A DNA stretch of 64,000 nt from Octopus sinensis (taxonomy: Eukaryota): positions 190,526,001 to 190,590,000 of the forward strand of contig NC_042997.1 of NCBI RefSeq assembly GCF_006345805.1, in the 5' to 3' direction. The notes below the pieces were generated by a model that made no database searches, was not told the origin of the DNA, and saw only the letters and a list, made by a program, of their open reading frames with translations. Below, piece by piece: positions 10,120 through 23,135 of the stretch. The position numbers and the translations under genes were made by a program. Numbering within the stretch: the first letter of the stretch is position 1; every line of letters starts with the position of its first letter.

Positions 10120-10350
10120 TTTAAACCAGTGGCCTAGCATATTGAAAAAGTCTGAAGATTAAGAAAAAATATATTACATACATATATGAGGGATGACCTC
10201 TAGGTGGACATCCAATATGCTAAAAGTAGACCTCATATGGTCTGACCACAAAGAAAAATTTGTTCTCATAAAAATTCTTAGGGGTCAAACCATATGGGGT
10301 CTACATTTAGCATATTGGATGTCCACCTAGTGGTCATCCCTTTTATATGT
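10120..10350. repeat. Fold-back (inverted) fragment of the F9 family
   Basis: Arms ~10183-10250 and ~10283-10350 are reverse complements. The left arm is a diverged copy of 9405-9500. Confidence 0.75.
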
Positions 10351-11979
10351 ATTCCTCAACGTAGTTAGTTTTGAAGATAATAATAGATAATTTTAATTAA
10401 ACTATGCATAGTTGAATTACTCCCACCTCTTGGTAATAATCACCTATACATTCCCATAATGCTCTGCTATCTTCACTTCCTATAATCTCCATTTTGAAAG
10501 ACATCTTAGTTCCAAAAAAGTAGGATATGCATCTGCATTTTTAGTTTTTAGTTTTCACATTTAATCACAGACATTTTTATTCTGATATATATTTTACATC
10601 TTATATTTTGTATTTGACATTATATACTTGAAATAATAAGTTTGAAACATGTATACTAATTCATATTTATAATGTATAATTTATAATTTATAATTTTTAA
10701 TTTTTAATTCTTAAATTTATACAGTTTAATTTAACGCTTAATTTTAAAGTGATTTAAAATTAGATTAACAATATTTTGAAAGTTCTTGAAGATGTGTTGG
10801 TAGAATTGTAAATAAGATGATTGCATATAATATATATATATATATATATATAGTATGTATGTATGTATGTATGTATGTATGTATGTATGTATGTATGTAT
10901 TATAATCTTCCAATACTGAAACGCGTGTAGTTCTTGCATAATTGACAATTTTAAGTTTAACTTAAGTAGGAAATGATTAAAGTAGGATGATTTCATACTC
11001 TGCTAGTATATTGGTTATATACTTTAAAGTATTATTTCATGATATGCAAATAGATACCACGAGATATATTCATTAGGTTTTTTTTTTTTTTGGTATTATC
11101 TGAAATAGAAAAGCCGCATATCTATTAATTCCCAAAACTGAATTATTATCGATAGCACATTAACTGAAGAGATGCCGGCGTGGGTTCCGCCCCGAGATCC
11201 GACTCTCGGAGTATTATCATGGCTAGCGAATAATTGTCACACACACACACACATATATATGTATCAGTCGTAGACACTTGTGTTGTTGTAACCGTTAATG
11301 CTTCTGATTTCATGTTTCTGTATTCCATTATTTTTTTGTTTTTTTATATTCGTCCCTTTTGCTGTCCTGGTGTCCGTATGCATTCGATCCTTCTTCAGGA
11401 ATCTACGCTCCCAGCTTAGTTTTTCTAATGCTCGTTGCTTAGTTTTTCTTGGAGGGCTGGCCGTGATATAGTAATCTCAAGATTAATCAGCCGAAATTAC
11501 TACGATGATCAGGTTCTTGACTGAAGACTGAGGGTTTCGAATGTCCTGTCCGTGTTTATTGTATCGTCTTCTAAGAGTTATACGTCTTGTCCATGTTGTA
11601 TTTTTCTACATACTTAACATATATTCCAGGCGCCACGTACCCTCTTAACATTAATGTGAGCACATATTCTTAATAACTGGTACGACTCTTTGTGTCTTTC
11701 TCTCTCTCTCACTTTTTACTTGATCTGTCCCCTTCTCTCTATAGTCATCCTCTTTTTCTCTTCTCTTTCCTCTGATTCTTTGGTCTAATCTTCCACTACC
11801 CTCTATTTCTTGTGTCTCGCTCTGCAATCACAGGTCGCTCTTCGACACCCATCCCTTCTCCTCTCTGATTCCTCTTTCTCCTCTTCTCGCTCTTTGTCGC
11901 GTTTGTCCCTCCTCTCTCTCTCTCCCTCTCCCTCTCTTTCTCTCTTCCGTTCTTCTCTTTCTTTCTTTCTCTCTTCTCT

Positions 11980-11989
11980 GTCACGTGAC
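11980..11989. promoter_or_regulatory. Perfect palindromic GTCACGTGAC (CLEAR/USF-MiT E-box) at the start of a CpG-rich patch
   Basis: Exact motif between a CT-rich tract and ~100 bp of unusually CpG-rich sequence. No linked gene was identified. Confidence 0.3.
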
Positions 11990-12114
11990 TGCTGGCCGAA
12001 ATCTGCCTTTCAGCTTCTGACCGGCGTCGTGTTTAACATCGTGTGTTTTTCGTCCGCCGCTATAGGCATCGCCGATAAGTTATGTACGTATGTTTCGTAT
12101 GTATATTGAGTGAT

Positions 12115-12559
12115 ATATACACACATACATACATACATGCATGTGTGCATACAAACACACACACACAACATACATACATACATACATACATACATACATA
12201 CATACATACATACATACATACATACATACATACATACATACGTGCATGCATATATACGTACGTAGATGATAAACAAGCATAAATATACGAAAGCAGAGCG
12301 TCGATTCTACAGTATTGTATGTGTGTATGTGCCCGAGTGTATGTTTGTGTGTGTATATATATGTGTGTATACGTATAAACACACACTCACACACCACACA
12401 TACACACACACATACACACACACACATATATATATATATATGTATGCATAACAGGCATGCATACCTATTCACACATACATGTATAACACACACGCACATA
12501 TATTTATGCACGAACGTGTGTTTGTGTGTATATATATATATGTGTATATATGTATAAAT

Positions 12560-12594
<35 letters not shown>

Positions 12595-12800
12595 CAACAC
12601 GCGCATGTATAACATACACACATACATATTCACACATACATGTATAACACACACGCACATATATTTATGCACGAATGTGTGTGTTTGTGTGTATATATAT
12701 ATGTGTATATATGTATAAATAGACACACACACACACATATATATATATATATGTATAACACACACGCACATATATTTATGTATGAATGTGTGTTTGTGTT

Positions 12801-12844
<44 letters not shown>

Positions 12845-12875
12845 GCGTGTTTCTCTGCATTTGGGTGGGTGTGTG
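12115..12875. repeat. (CATA)n/(CA)n/(TA)n compound repeat with ~160-bp higher-order duplication
   Basis: The block tattcacacatacatgtataacacacacgcacatatatttatgcacgaa recurs at ~12466 and ~12627. Confidence 0.8.
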
Positions 12876-13694
12876 AAAGATGGTACTCTCAAGACTTTGT
12901 TCTTTGATGTAATTTAAATAGCGAGGGAATGTTTACACGTCAATATTTGAAAGCTATATCGTGGTACGGTTGGTTGTTAGGGAGATGAGTTTTAACACAA
13001 TACATTCTTTATAACACAAAAACATACGCACGCGCACACCCACACATGCACACCCACACACACACACAAACACGCACGCACATGTCGACACACCCACGCA
13101 CATGCGCACGCATGCGCACGTCAAATCGATTACCTGGCTCTCTGATCATATTAGTTTCACGGCATGTAGGTGCGTCTGATTGAAGTTACGTACTCATGTG
13201 CATATGTTATGAACGAGTGTGCGTGTGTGTATATATATGTACATATGTACGTATGGATGTATATGTGTATGTATGTATGTATGTGTGTGTGTGTATGTGT
13301 ATGCAGGTACTTGTGTGTTTGTACAGTTCTGCCTTTATGTAGATCATAACTTACCTATTCTAGTACGTGTGTATATGTATATGTGTGTGTGGACATATAT
13401 ATACACACACATTTATATATATATATATATGAGTGTGTATGTATGTGTATAAGTGTGTGTGTGTATATATATTATATATGTATGTACATATATATAAGCA
13501 AATTTTACATATATACATGTACATACATGAATATTTGTATATATCTATATGTGTATGTATAATATATATATATATAAATACATACATACATATATAATAT
13601 ATATATATGTAATATATTTGTATGTTCTATATATATGTATCATGTATATGTTATATATATCTATATACATATACATACATACATATATATCTAC

Positions 13695-13740
<46 letters not shown>

Positions 13741-14448
13741 ATATTTTTTTATATATATATATGTATTATATATATGTGTATGTATGTATGTATATGTATA
13801 TATACATATATACAAATATTCATGTAAGTACATGTATATATGTAATTCGCTTTGGTTTTTTTTCTTGAAGAAAATGATATATAACTATATTTCTACGTAA
13901 GTATGTGAGTTTTGTGCACGACGGTACATATGGAAATATCATTCGTGTCGTAACATGTACCACCTACGCAGGTGTCTTCGTCTGTTACGTGCACACATCG
14001 ACATAACTAAGTACATGGTTGTGAGAGTACGCAGTTAGGCATTACGTAGATAGGTGCCTATTCGCGCGCTCGCGTGCGTGTATCTTTACGCGCGCGTGTG
14101 TGTTTGTGTGTGCGCGCGTGTACACGCGAAGGAGTGATTGAGGTGAAAAAAGAACGCATTGAAGGATAAGAATGAGTTTGCTGATCTACGATGAGTATAA
14201 GGTGAGAAGGAAAAACGTTCCTTTAAGCCTACATGTGATAATGTAGCAAGTCGGGATATGAAGATATGTTCTTGTTTTGTGTGACTCCATTTTTTCGCAA
14301 GTACATTACACTTGATTGATAAAACGGCTGGTAAGTATTGAAGCGGATGCTGACAGGTTGGCCTGTCTTACTTCAAATGTGCTCTGAAATCTATCCGTTG
14401 GATGTCTGTCTGTATTTTTAATATAAACAGAGCTGCAAAGTTCGCATA

Positions 14449-14844
14449 TCTTTATATATAAAAGTGAAGTTGTGTGTCTGTCTCCTACGATTTAGATTCC
14501 TAACTACTCCCACATTTTGCGGTGCAGTTTAACCAAAACCGGGTATCTTATAGTCGTGATTCATATCGAGCCCTTCTGGGTATTAGCGCGCGTCTACGAT
14601 GAGTCTACGATTTTAAAAATAATTTACCATCATTTTTTCCATTTTAATGCATTTTTTTCCGCATTATATAAAGGAAGTAACTCTCTAAAAATGTCTACGA
14701 TGAGTCAACGATTTAAAAAAAAATTACCATAATTTTCTTTCCATTTTTAATGCATTTCTTGCTATTTTTTAGCTATAACTCTCTAAAAATGCTTATATAG
14801 TTATTTCCCTTACAAACCCGAGCAACGCCGGGCGATACTGCTAG
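14449..14844 (+). mobile_element. Non-autonomous Helitron, complete
   Basis: 5' TC (TCTTTATATATAAAAG), 3' hairpin CCCG-a-GC-aac-GC-CGGG then CTAG, inserted between A and T, with an internal ~100-bp duplication. Confidence 0.85.
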
Positions 14845-15529
14845 TGATTCAATATATAAGTTGGACGATGCGCAAGAAGAGCTGCGGTATTGCGATTTAA
14901 GGCTTGCAACGATTGTAGTGATGGGGTAGATATTGCATCGTTGTCGGGTGCATATAAAAGTTCTGTGGAGTTTGGAACTGCGGAGCTTCTTAGTATGTGT
15001 TTGCGAGATTCCCAATACTTTTGAAGACAATGAGAGAGGATGTGAGAAAGGTTGGAATGGTTGTAAGCCAGAAAGTAGAATTCGGAATTTGCGGATGTGT
15101 TTATCTTTCAATGGAAGGACAGACAGTTTGAACGTAAAAGAGATTGAAATATGGCGAGAGAGATTATGGGAAAGGGTAGAAGAGCAGTGAGGCGGTCGAT
15201 AGCCCAGATCCAGTGGAGTGCAGAGTCCACAACTGATATGATGAAAGGTGTCTTCGATTCAAGTAGAATTATTGCATTCTTTCACTGTAGGATCCTAAAT
15301 CTGTGTCAAGAATCGGCAAAGGCGAAGGAATTGAGAGATTGATATGGCAGATTTATGGAAATCTTGTTCAAAAGCCACCCTATTGGGTTGATTTTAATAT
15401 ATCTCCTGTGGCGGGCTCTTCATTGGGCCTTGGGCCTAACAATGACACTTTAGGCATTGAGTAAATATTAAATTTTATTAAACTTGAACAATATTTTGCA
15501 AGCAATGAACAGTTTTCATCAAAACAATG

Positions 15530-16960
15530 ATATATTTGTCGACTTGGAACTTATTGCAAAACTGCATGATAACCTTTTTTTATCTTCCCATCCAGGGTCA
15601 GTACAAATAGCTTGTTTCTATTTCGTAACCTTGAACAACCAGCATCCAAGGGATGAAGAAGCATTTTCTTGACAATTAACCTAGTTCCATTACAAAGTCT
15701 GGAGGATCCGGATTTCTCAATAGCATAATTAGCACATTTTCTTTTAGTTCAAGCTTGTGTGATGCCATTCCAGGAGGAATTTCTTGGAGAAGTTTCCACT
15801 TGATGCTATCCACAGTTTGATTTTTGGTAGCTAATATGGCCCTCTCATAAAGCCAGTTTGAATCCATGAAATGGTGTTTAATGTTTGGATAGATATGTGA
15901 GAAAAAGCAACATTCCATGAGATGAAGCCCAGTTACTTTCAATGACTGTACTTATTGACATTGAATAGTTCACTCTCACTGAAAACTGAAGTCTTTTGAA
16001 CTCAAAAGGAAGATCTGGAGGAATTAAGGAGATTCTTGGAATTAAAACGCTTACCTCTTTTCCTGGAACAGTAACGATTTCTACTTCCAAGGGATGAAGA
16101 AGCTTTTTCTTTACAATTAACCTTGTTCCATTACAAAGTTTGGAGGATCCGGATTTCTCAATAGCATAATTAGCACATTTTCTTTTAGTTCAAGCTTGTG
16201 TGATGCCATTCCAGGATGATTCAATAAGTTCAAGAACCCTATTGGATAATCGACTGTCTACTCTTGTTCAACTACATTGTCAACGGAGAAGTACTTTATG
16301 CTCTCTTTTGGAATTTCTTGGAGAAGTTTCCACTTGATGCTATCCACAGTTTGATTTTTGGTAGCTAATATGGCTCTCTCATAAAGCCAGTTTGAATCCA
16401 TGAAATGGTGCTTAATGTTTGGATAAACATGGTTAATTAAGTCTTGCGTATTTGAGACTGAAACCTCACAACCATTTGGGAGTGAAATATCTCCATTTTG
16501 GTCAATTTTAATGGCTCCATTGCCAAGCTACAGCAACAAAGCAGCATATATTTCTGTTTTCAAGGTTAGCTGTGATTCTAACTTTCATGTTTGAGCCCTT
16601 GAACATAGCTCCAGAGGTAAGAATCTTTTCAGGTAAGCATTGATTTCATCAGCTAAAGGTGCTCTTACAATGACTGGTAATATATGTCTAAAATCACCAG
16701 AGTACAGTGATACCTCCATCTGAGGACTGAATTCCAATCTTTGATGGGCAAGTTGCGTTTGATGACGAATATCCTCTGCTCTCTTGGATGCAGCTTGCTC
16801 AGGAGTTTGAGAGTCCTTAAGTCTTTGCATATTCTCTGCATTGGAAGATCTCCTGGCTGCTGTTTGACCGGGGTTTTCATTTGCACGGAACTTTCTTTTC
16901 CTCTCTGCAGCTTTGATTCTTGATTGCAATCTCGTCCTTTGTTGGCGGAGATTTATTTTT
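15530..16960 (-). pseudogene. Internally deleted and rearranged Helitron (N-terminal region fused to PIF1 helicase pieces)
   Basis: GDFRHILPV, WLYERAILATKN, PPGMASHKLELKENVLIMLLRN, VLIPRISLIPPDLPFEFKRLQF and a terminal GCSRLRNRNKLFVL..LQ*. 15655-15900 and 16090-16430 are duplicated. Confidence 0.85.
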
Positions 16961-17860
16961 GCGAAACGTATTGCTGCTGTATGCGATAGGCAACAATAAA
17001 TTTACCTTTTAAAAGTTCAACGATAATTCTTTTGCCGCCACTTAATTTAAAGACAATTTAATGTACGTAGGGCCTTACTTTCCGTACAAACAATTATTTA
17101 TAGTAGCTGGTACGTATCTAAACTCCTGTTCGTAGTTTGAAGAAAAATTTCACCACTGTCGCTAAACAATATTTTAAAGCGCGATTTTTATGGTTTGGAA
17201 TTGCACTAAACGTATTTGACCATAAAGAGGTTTGAAATTTAGTACTTTTTAGTATTTTTTAAGGTAATAATAAAATTAGTCGAATCTATTTTCATGCAGT
17301 CGGAATGCGCTGTTTCCATAGCTCAGACGGCCGACGGCATCAAAATAGTTCCGACATATTTTTTTAATATCTGCAAAAACACTAAGTGTCCAACATTTTT
17401 ACGGTATAGAGTTATGAGAGGTAATATTATATAAGAGAGAGAGTTCAATACGAATTTCATTTGCAAACGTTATGAAACAGGTGTTATGGTTAAATTACTT
17501 GATTCAGTTATAATACTCAGAGAAAGATATTTTTCAAAATGTTTATTTTGGAAATTACTACTGAAAATAGTTTTAATATTTAGAGAAATACTTTTGTTTT
17601 TTTGAAATGCTAGGATTAAGAAAACAATTTTTAGAGAGTAGTGTTATGGTTAAATTATTTGATAGAGTTATATTTAGAGACAGATTTTTTTCAGAATGTT
17701 AGGATTGAGAAAGAAATTTCTTTAGAGAGTAGAATGGCACTAACCTTTATGAAGAAATTTCACAAATTGTGTGTAGACTTTAATAAATGTCCAAGTGCTT
17801 TCAGTTCTCAAAGTTATAAAGCACGTGTTAGGATTTAAAACAGAAGGAGCTACCAAGAAT

Positions 17861-17996
17861 GAGGAATAGTAGAAGAGTCATTGAATAATGAGAGAAGGGT
17901 AAAGCAAAAGGAATAGTAGATGTGTCATTGAATAGTGAGAGAAGAGTGAAGCATGAGGAATAGTATAAGTGTCAGTGAACAGTGAGAGAGGGGTCG
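17861..17996. repeat. 47-bp minisatellite, ~2.9 units
   Basis: Units start at 17861, 17908 and 17955 (gaggaatagtag..gtcattgaa..gagagaag). Confidence 0.85.
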
Positions 17997-19045
17997 TGTG
18001 ACACACTGATACACTGACATTCGCTTTCGCATTTATTATCATAGAAGGATTTTATCTGAAACGTCGAATTTTCCAGTCTCAAAAGACAAATACAGTAGAC
18101 TTCAACGTACACGCACACGCACACATGCACACACATGCACACGCACACGCACACACATACACGCCCACGTGCGCACGCATGCACGCACACACATACGCAC
18201 GCACGCACACACTCACACATGAGTGTGTGCGTGTATGTGTTTGTGTGTACTGAGTATATATTTTGAATATGTGTGTATACGTGATAGTGTGTGTGTATGT
18301 GCGTGTATGTATGTGCGCATGTGTGTATGTGCTTGTGTGTGCTTGTGTGTGTGTGTGTGTATAAACTGAAACTTCGACGCAACATATATGAAGTTTATTC
18401 TTAACCAAGGTTATGATCGTATGTTTAATAAACATATTTAGCCCCACTCTAGTTAACACACATAGCCATTAGTGATTTAAAGAAAGAAAAAGATAGAGAA
18501 AAAGAGAGGGGGAAGAGGGGGTGAGAGAGCATATTAATCCGCGGTGCAATTTGTTCGCGGATGCTAAATGAACCACCGGCACTGTTTATATAAGATTAAA
18601 ATTGTAACGAGATTTAAATCTTATAAACATGTCGATAGTTTTGCAATAAAAACAAGCTTGGACTTACTCTGATAACATTTATAATATTTAAATGTAGCAA
18701 TGGTCACTTTCGCGCAGCAACAAAAGATGAGAATGTGAACGCTTACGTCGGCTTTAACTGAAGTTGTATGCAATCGATAACGCCTCACTCTCGGTTTATG
18801 GCTGTTGAAAGAGCTGTCGTTTAAACACGAGAGCTATTTTTACAGCGCGGCTATACGTCTTTAATATATGATTATAAGATTGATCTCTATAACATAATCC
18901 AAGAAGTGCTCCCATGATGATTTGCTGTGGTTCTGTATTCAGTTGCACTTGGAGCAGCTATCAAGAGATTGCAAGTAACCACAATGGTGAGACGTACGTA
19001 GTGAACAAATGATATAAGTTTAAGTTTATTATGATTTCTTCTATG

Positions 19046-19310
19046 TGGAGGTGCGTGGCTTACCATCATGATCGTAAGATTGTGGTTTCGATTCCTGGAC
19101 CGGGCAACACGTTGTGTTCTTGAGCAAAACACTTCTTTTCTCGTTGCTTCAGTTCGCTCAACTGATGTTTGTGTGTTTATGTTCCCGAAACCTAGCGCTT
19201 CGGCAAAAGAGACCGACAGGCTGACAAGGAATAAGCCCTTGAGTTGATTTCTTCGACTAAAGGCGGCGTTTCAGCATAGCCGCAGTCAAATGACTGAAAA
19301 ATGTAAAGGA
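19046..19310 (+). mobile_element. Degenerate SINE (D-type head, A-type tail)
   Basis: Head gtggaggtgcgtggctta..ggtttcgattcctggaccggg and tail gccgcagtcaaatgactgaaa. Confidence 0.7.
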
Positions 19311-19510
19311 GTAAAGGAGAGGCGTACGACGGATACCCTTCGGAGCACATTGGAAGCATGCTACTACGTACGCCAGGCCAAACTGTCGGCATCCACTTCA
19401 ATGCACATATGCATGCATGTGTATATATACACACACATGTATATATACACACACATGTATATATACATGTGTGTGTACGTGTGTTTGTGTATACATGCAT
19501 AGATACCCTT

Positions 19511-20006
19511 TACTCTTTTTTGCTCCTTTTTATTTGTTTCAGTCATTTGACTGCAGCCATGTTAGAGCATCGCCTTTAGTCGAGCAAATCGACCCCAGGA
19601 CTTATTTTTGGAAGCCTAGTACTTATTCTATCGGTCTCTTTTGCCGAACCGCTAAGTTACGGAGACGTAAACACACCAGCATCTGTTGTCAAGCGATGCT
19701 GTGGGGACATACACAGATACTCAAACACACACACACATACATACATATATATATATATATATACATATATACGACAGGCTTCTTTCAGTTTGCGTCTACC
19801 AAATCCACTCACAAGGCATTGGTCGGCCCGAGGCTATAGTAGAAGACACTTGCCCAATGTGCCACGCAATGGGCTTCTTTCAGTTTCCATCTACCCAATC
19901 TATTCACAAGGCTTTGGTCGGCGCGAGGCTATAGAAGAAGACACCTGTGAGACTGAACCCGAGTCTGTGTGGTTAGTAAGAAAGCCACACAGCCACCCCT
20001 GCGCCT
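19511..20006 (-). mobile_element. tRNA-derived SINE (family A) with internal duplication
   Basis: Reverse complement of the 25824 and 35298 copies. The ccaaatccactcacaaggc..gaagacac block is present twice. Confidence 0.9.
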
Positions 20007-20665
20007 TAAACATAAATATATGTATGTGCATGTATAGATACGTATACGTACAAGTTATACCTTACATTTTCCATACACACACGCACAAATCTTTGTAGAT
20101 AAGTGTAACCATCTTTTACGCTACTTCATTAGAACAAATGAAAAATCAGGAGGTTTTTCGGAGCAGTAAAATTTACTTACTTTAACGTGAGCATTTCGAG
20201 TCGATCTTTTATGAAGTATATGATACATGGTCATATTAACATCATATTAACCATATTCACTTACTGCTTCTCAAACGAAGTTCATTTGCCACTGAAAAGC
20301 ACTTCAGAATGTTTCAATAGATAATGGTTGCGTTGTATACAAATTTTCGCGATTCTGCTTATATTCCTGCGCTTCTTCTAAAAATTTGCCTATTTTGAAG
20401 AAGATAGTAAAATCACGTTCTTTCTTTTCTTTTTTTTTTTTTTTTTTTTAGAACGATCGCTGCGTGTTTCCATTCTAAGTGCATTTGCGCTGGTTTGTTG
20501 GTTTATTGAACTGAGTATATGATTCAGTTGAGTTCAGTGAGGTGAAGTAAGCTTTCACCGTGTGCCCTTAAGGAGCAGGACACCGCATATGTTTATCACA
20601 TACATACACACGCACGTATACTTAGCATGCTAGTTGGATAGATAGACAAACAGTGAGATGGAAAT

Positions 20666-20721
<56 letters not shown>

Positions 20722-20891
20722 GTAGGTAGGTAGGTAGATAGATAGATAGATAGATAGGTAGATAGAGAGGAGCGGAGAGATTGGTAGACAGACATATATA
20801 TATACAGAGAGACATATCTATCATATGCGTATATAATATATAATATATATATATATGTATATGTGTATGATATATAGTATATGTATGTATG

Positions 20892-20930
<39 letters not shown>

Positions 20931-21238
20931 TATATATATAATATATATATATATATAATATATATATATATATATAATATATATATATATATAATATATA
21001 TTATTCAACGGAATTCCAGCTCTGCTTTTTTCTGGTCTTTTTATATTCTTTATAATATTAATGTAGAATATAGGATATATAGAATATATAGTATAAATAG
21101 TATATATAGTAAAATGAAATGAAGTATTGATTGTCTTATTGAATAGCTGAAATATTGAATATCAAATATTAAGGTACTAGTATACTTTCTTCCATTAAAG
21201 CAGTCTTGAAGGCCCTAGGTTGTGACAGGAATGTTTCA

Positions 21239-21278
<40 letters not shown>

Positions 21279-21374
21279 TATGCACATCTATATATCTAAT
21301 CCATATGTAAACTAGATATATATGTAGGTGTGTGTCTGTGTGTGTGTGTTTGTGTGTGTGTGTATGTATTTATG

Positions 21375-21600
21375 CATAGGATGTGCAGCTCAGTGGTTAG
21401 AGGGTAGTGCGTTCCCGCTCGTGAGACCTTGCTTTCTACTCACGGAGAAAACACTTCATATCACGTTCCCCTGAGATCCCTTCAATATCGCATGTGCAGC
21501 CGCGGGTCACCAAGCAGCTATACAGAAAATGTCGTTTAGATGGAGGTGATGGAGCTCATGCATACGGCACAATCATTTGATTACAATCATTAAGGAACTC
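21375..21600 (+). mobile_element. Highly degenerate SINE
   Basis: tRNA-like head gtgcagctcagtggttagag and an aaaacacttcatatcacgtt core. Confidence 0.5.
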
Positions 21601-21648
21601 TCCCTCATTACCTGTTTCACATTCCACAAAAATATATATGTGTATATA

Positions 21649-21709
<61 letters not shown>

Positions 21710-22008
21710 CAATTGAGGATAAAATCTTAAAAGAATTATCAGTAGTCAGCGTGAAAAACCTGGTAAGAGAAAAAATCCGTAAATTCTTCCTCTTTGAAAA
21801 TATTCATTTATATTTTATTTATATTATATTGAGGGTACTACTATTCGTAGATACCAACACGCTAAGAGGGACCAATGCGGTCAAAACTACTAAAAATAAA
21901 CAAAATTTTATCGAATGCAAAACTTCAAAACACATCATTTTAAAAAAGAATTCAGTTACATATCACATGTGATTTCGCATTTAATGCAGAATATGCATTT
22001 CATGTTCG

Positions 22009-22400
22009 TCAGTGCAACAAACTCAAGAAATATAAGAAAAAACATAACATTACAAACTCGATAGCCAACCGTAGAATTCGTCGTAGCTTGTACGAATGTT
22101 TATCCTTACATATCTTTGAAAATGGCGCCATTCTAACTTCTAGCTGTTTTGCAAAGTCAGAAGCCTTCGAACGGGGTTCGTTTTTCACAATTCTCTTCAA
22201 ACAGCGAAGCTTCCTTTTTGAGGGCCCAGGTCGGCCGGGACGAGAATCTGTTGATTCTTTTCCTTGGCGTTTGAATTGCACAATAATTCTACTGACAGTA
22301 GCAAGGAGAATTTGAAGATTTTCGGCAATATTTCGCTGGCTAAGACCAACCTCAGATTTCCCAACCATATGACCTCTTTGAAAATCTGACAGCTGTGCTG
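22009..22400 (-). pseudogene. Tc1-like transposase N-terminal (paired-like HTH) fragment
   Basis: GLSQRNIAENLQILLATVSRII..FKRQG....RPGRP...KRKLRCLKRIVKNEPRSKAS. Confidence 0.75.
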
Positions 22401-22589
22401 AAATTTTGGGCGTGGCATGGTTACTCTTCGCAAATGTTTAATATAATGGCACCTGGAATGAAAAAGAATAATTACATTGTAAATTCTACACGGTTGAAAA
22501 CATATTAAGATACTCAGACCAGAAACTTTGAAAATTAAAGGTGTCTATTTACTTCCTGCATGTCTGTGTAATATGTATATATACATATA

Positions 22590-22631
<42 letters not shown>

Positions 22632-22746
22632 ATATATATATATATATATTATATAATATACAAACAATTGCAGCGTGGAAGGTGTTTATAAGCCATTTAA
22701 GAAACACACAAAAGCCGTTCGATTCACTTCAACATTTAAGTTTAAT

Positions 22747-22794
22747 TTGTCAAAATATTTTCGTCGCTAAAATCCGCGACCTGTTCACTGACAA
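22747..22794 (-). ncRNA. Minimal type I hammerhead motif with G3-C8 core swap (F5, left arm)
   Basis: TTGTCA-GTGAACA-g-GTCGC ggatttta GCGAC-GAAA-ATATT-T-TGACAA. Confidence 0.7.
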
Positions 22795-22816
22795 AGTCCG
22801 AGATGCAGCACGGACT

Positions 22817-22862
22817 TTGTCAGTGAACAGGTCGGATTTTAGCGACGAAAATATTTTGACAA
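22817..22862 (+). ncRNA. Minimal type I hammerhead motif with G3-C8 core swap (F5, right arm)
   Basis: TTGTCA-GTGAACA-g-GTCG gattttag CGAC-GAAA-ATATT-T-TGACAA. Confidence 0.65.
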
Positions 22863-23001
22863 TTAACTTAAATGTTGAAGTGAATCGAACGGCTTTTGTG
22901 TGTTTCTTAAATGGCTTATAAACACCTTCCACGCTGCTATTGTTTTCGTTTCAGCACACGATCTCAGATCAAATTACTTGCTATGCGAGTACATCTCCGT
23001 A

Positions 23002-23055
<54 letters not shown>

Positions 23056-23101
23056 CATACATGCATGCATACATACATACATACATACATACATACATAC
23101 A

Positions 23102-23135
<34 letters not shown>

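Larger units (their letters stand above)
22662..22945. repeat. Near-perfect fold-back (139/135-bp arms, 10-nt spacer) carrying two hammerhead motifs (F5)
   Basis: Arms 22662-22800 and 22811-22945, spacer agatgcagca. Confidence 0.95.

Noticed and set aside
11510-11552. ttgaCTGAAGActgagggtttCGAATGTC hammerhead-like string
   Set aside because: GAAA is incomplete and helices I and II do not pair convincingly.
14300-14400. CTG|gtaagt donor-like site and small hairpin gacagg-ttgg-cctgtc
   Set aside because: No upstream open exon or acceptor could be supported.
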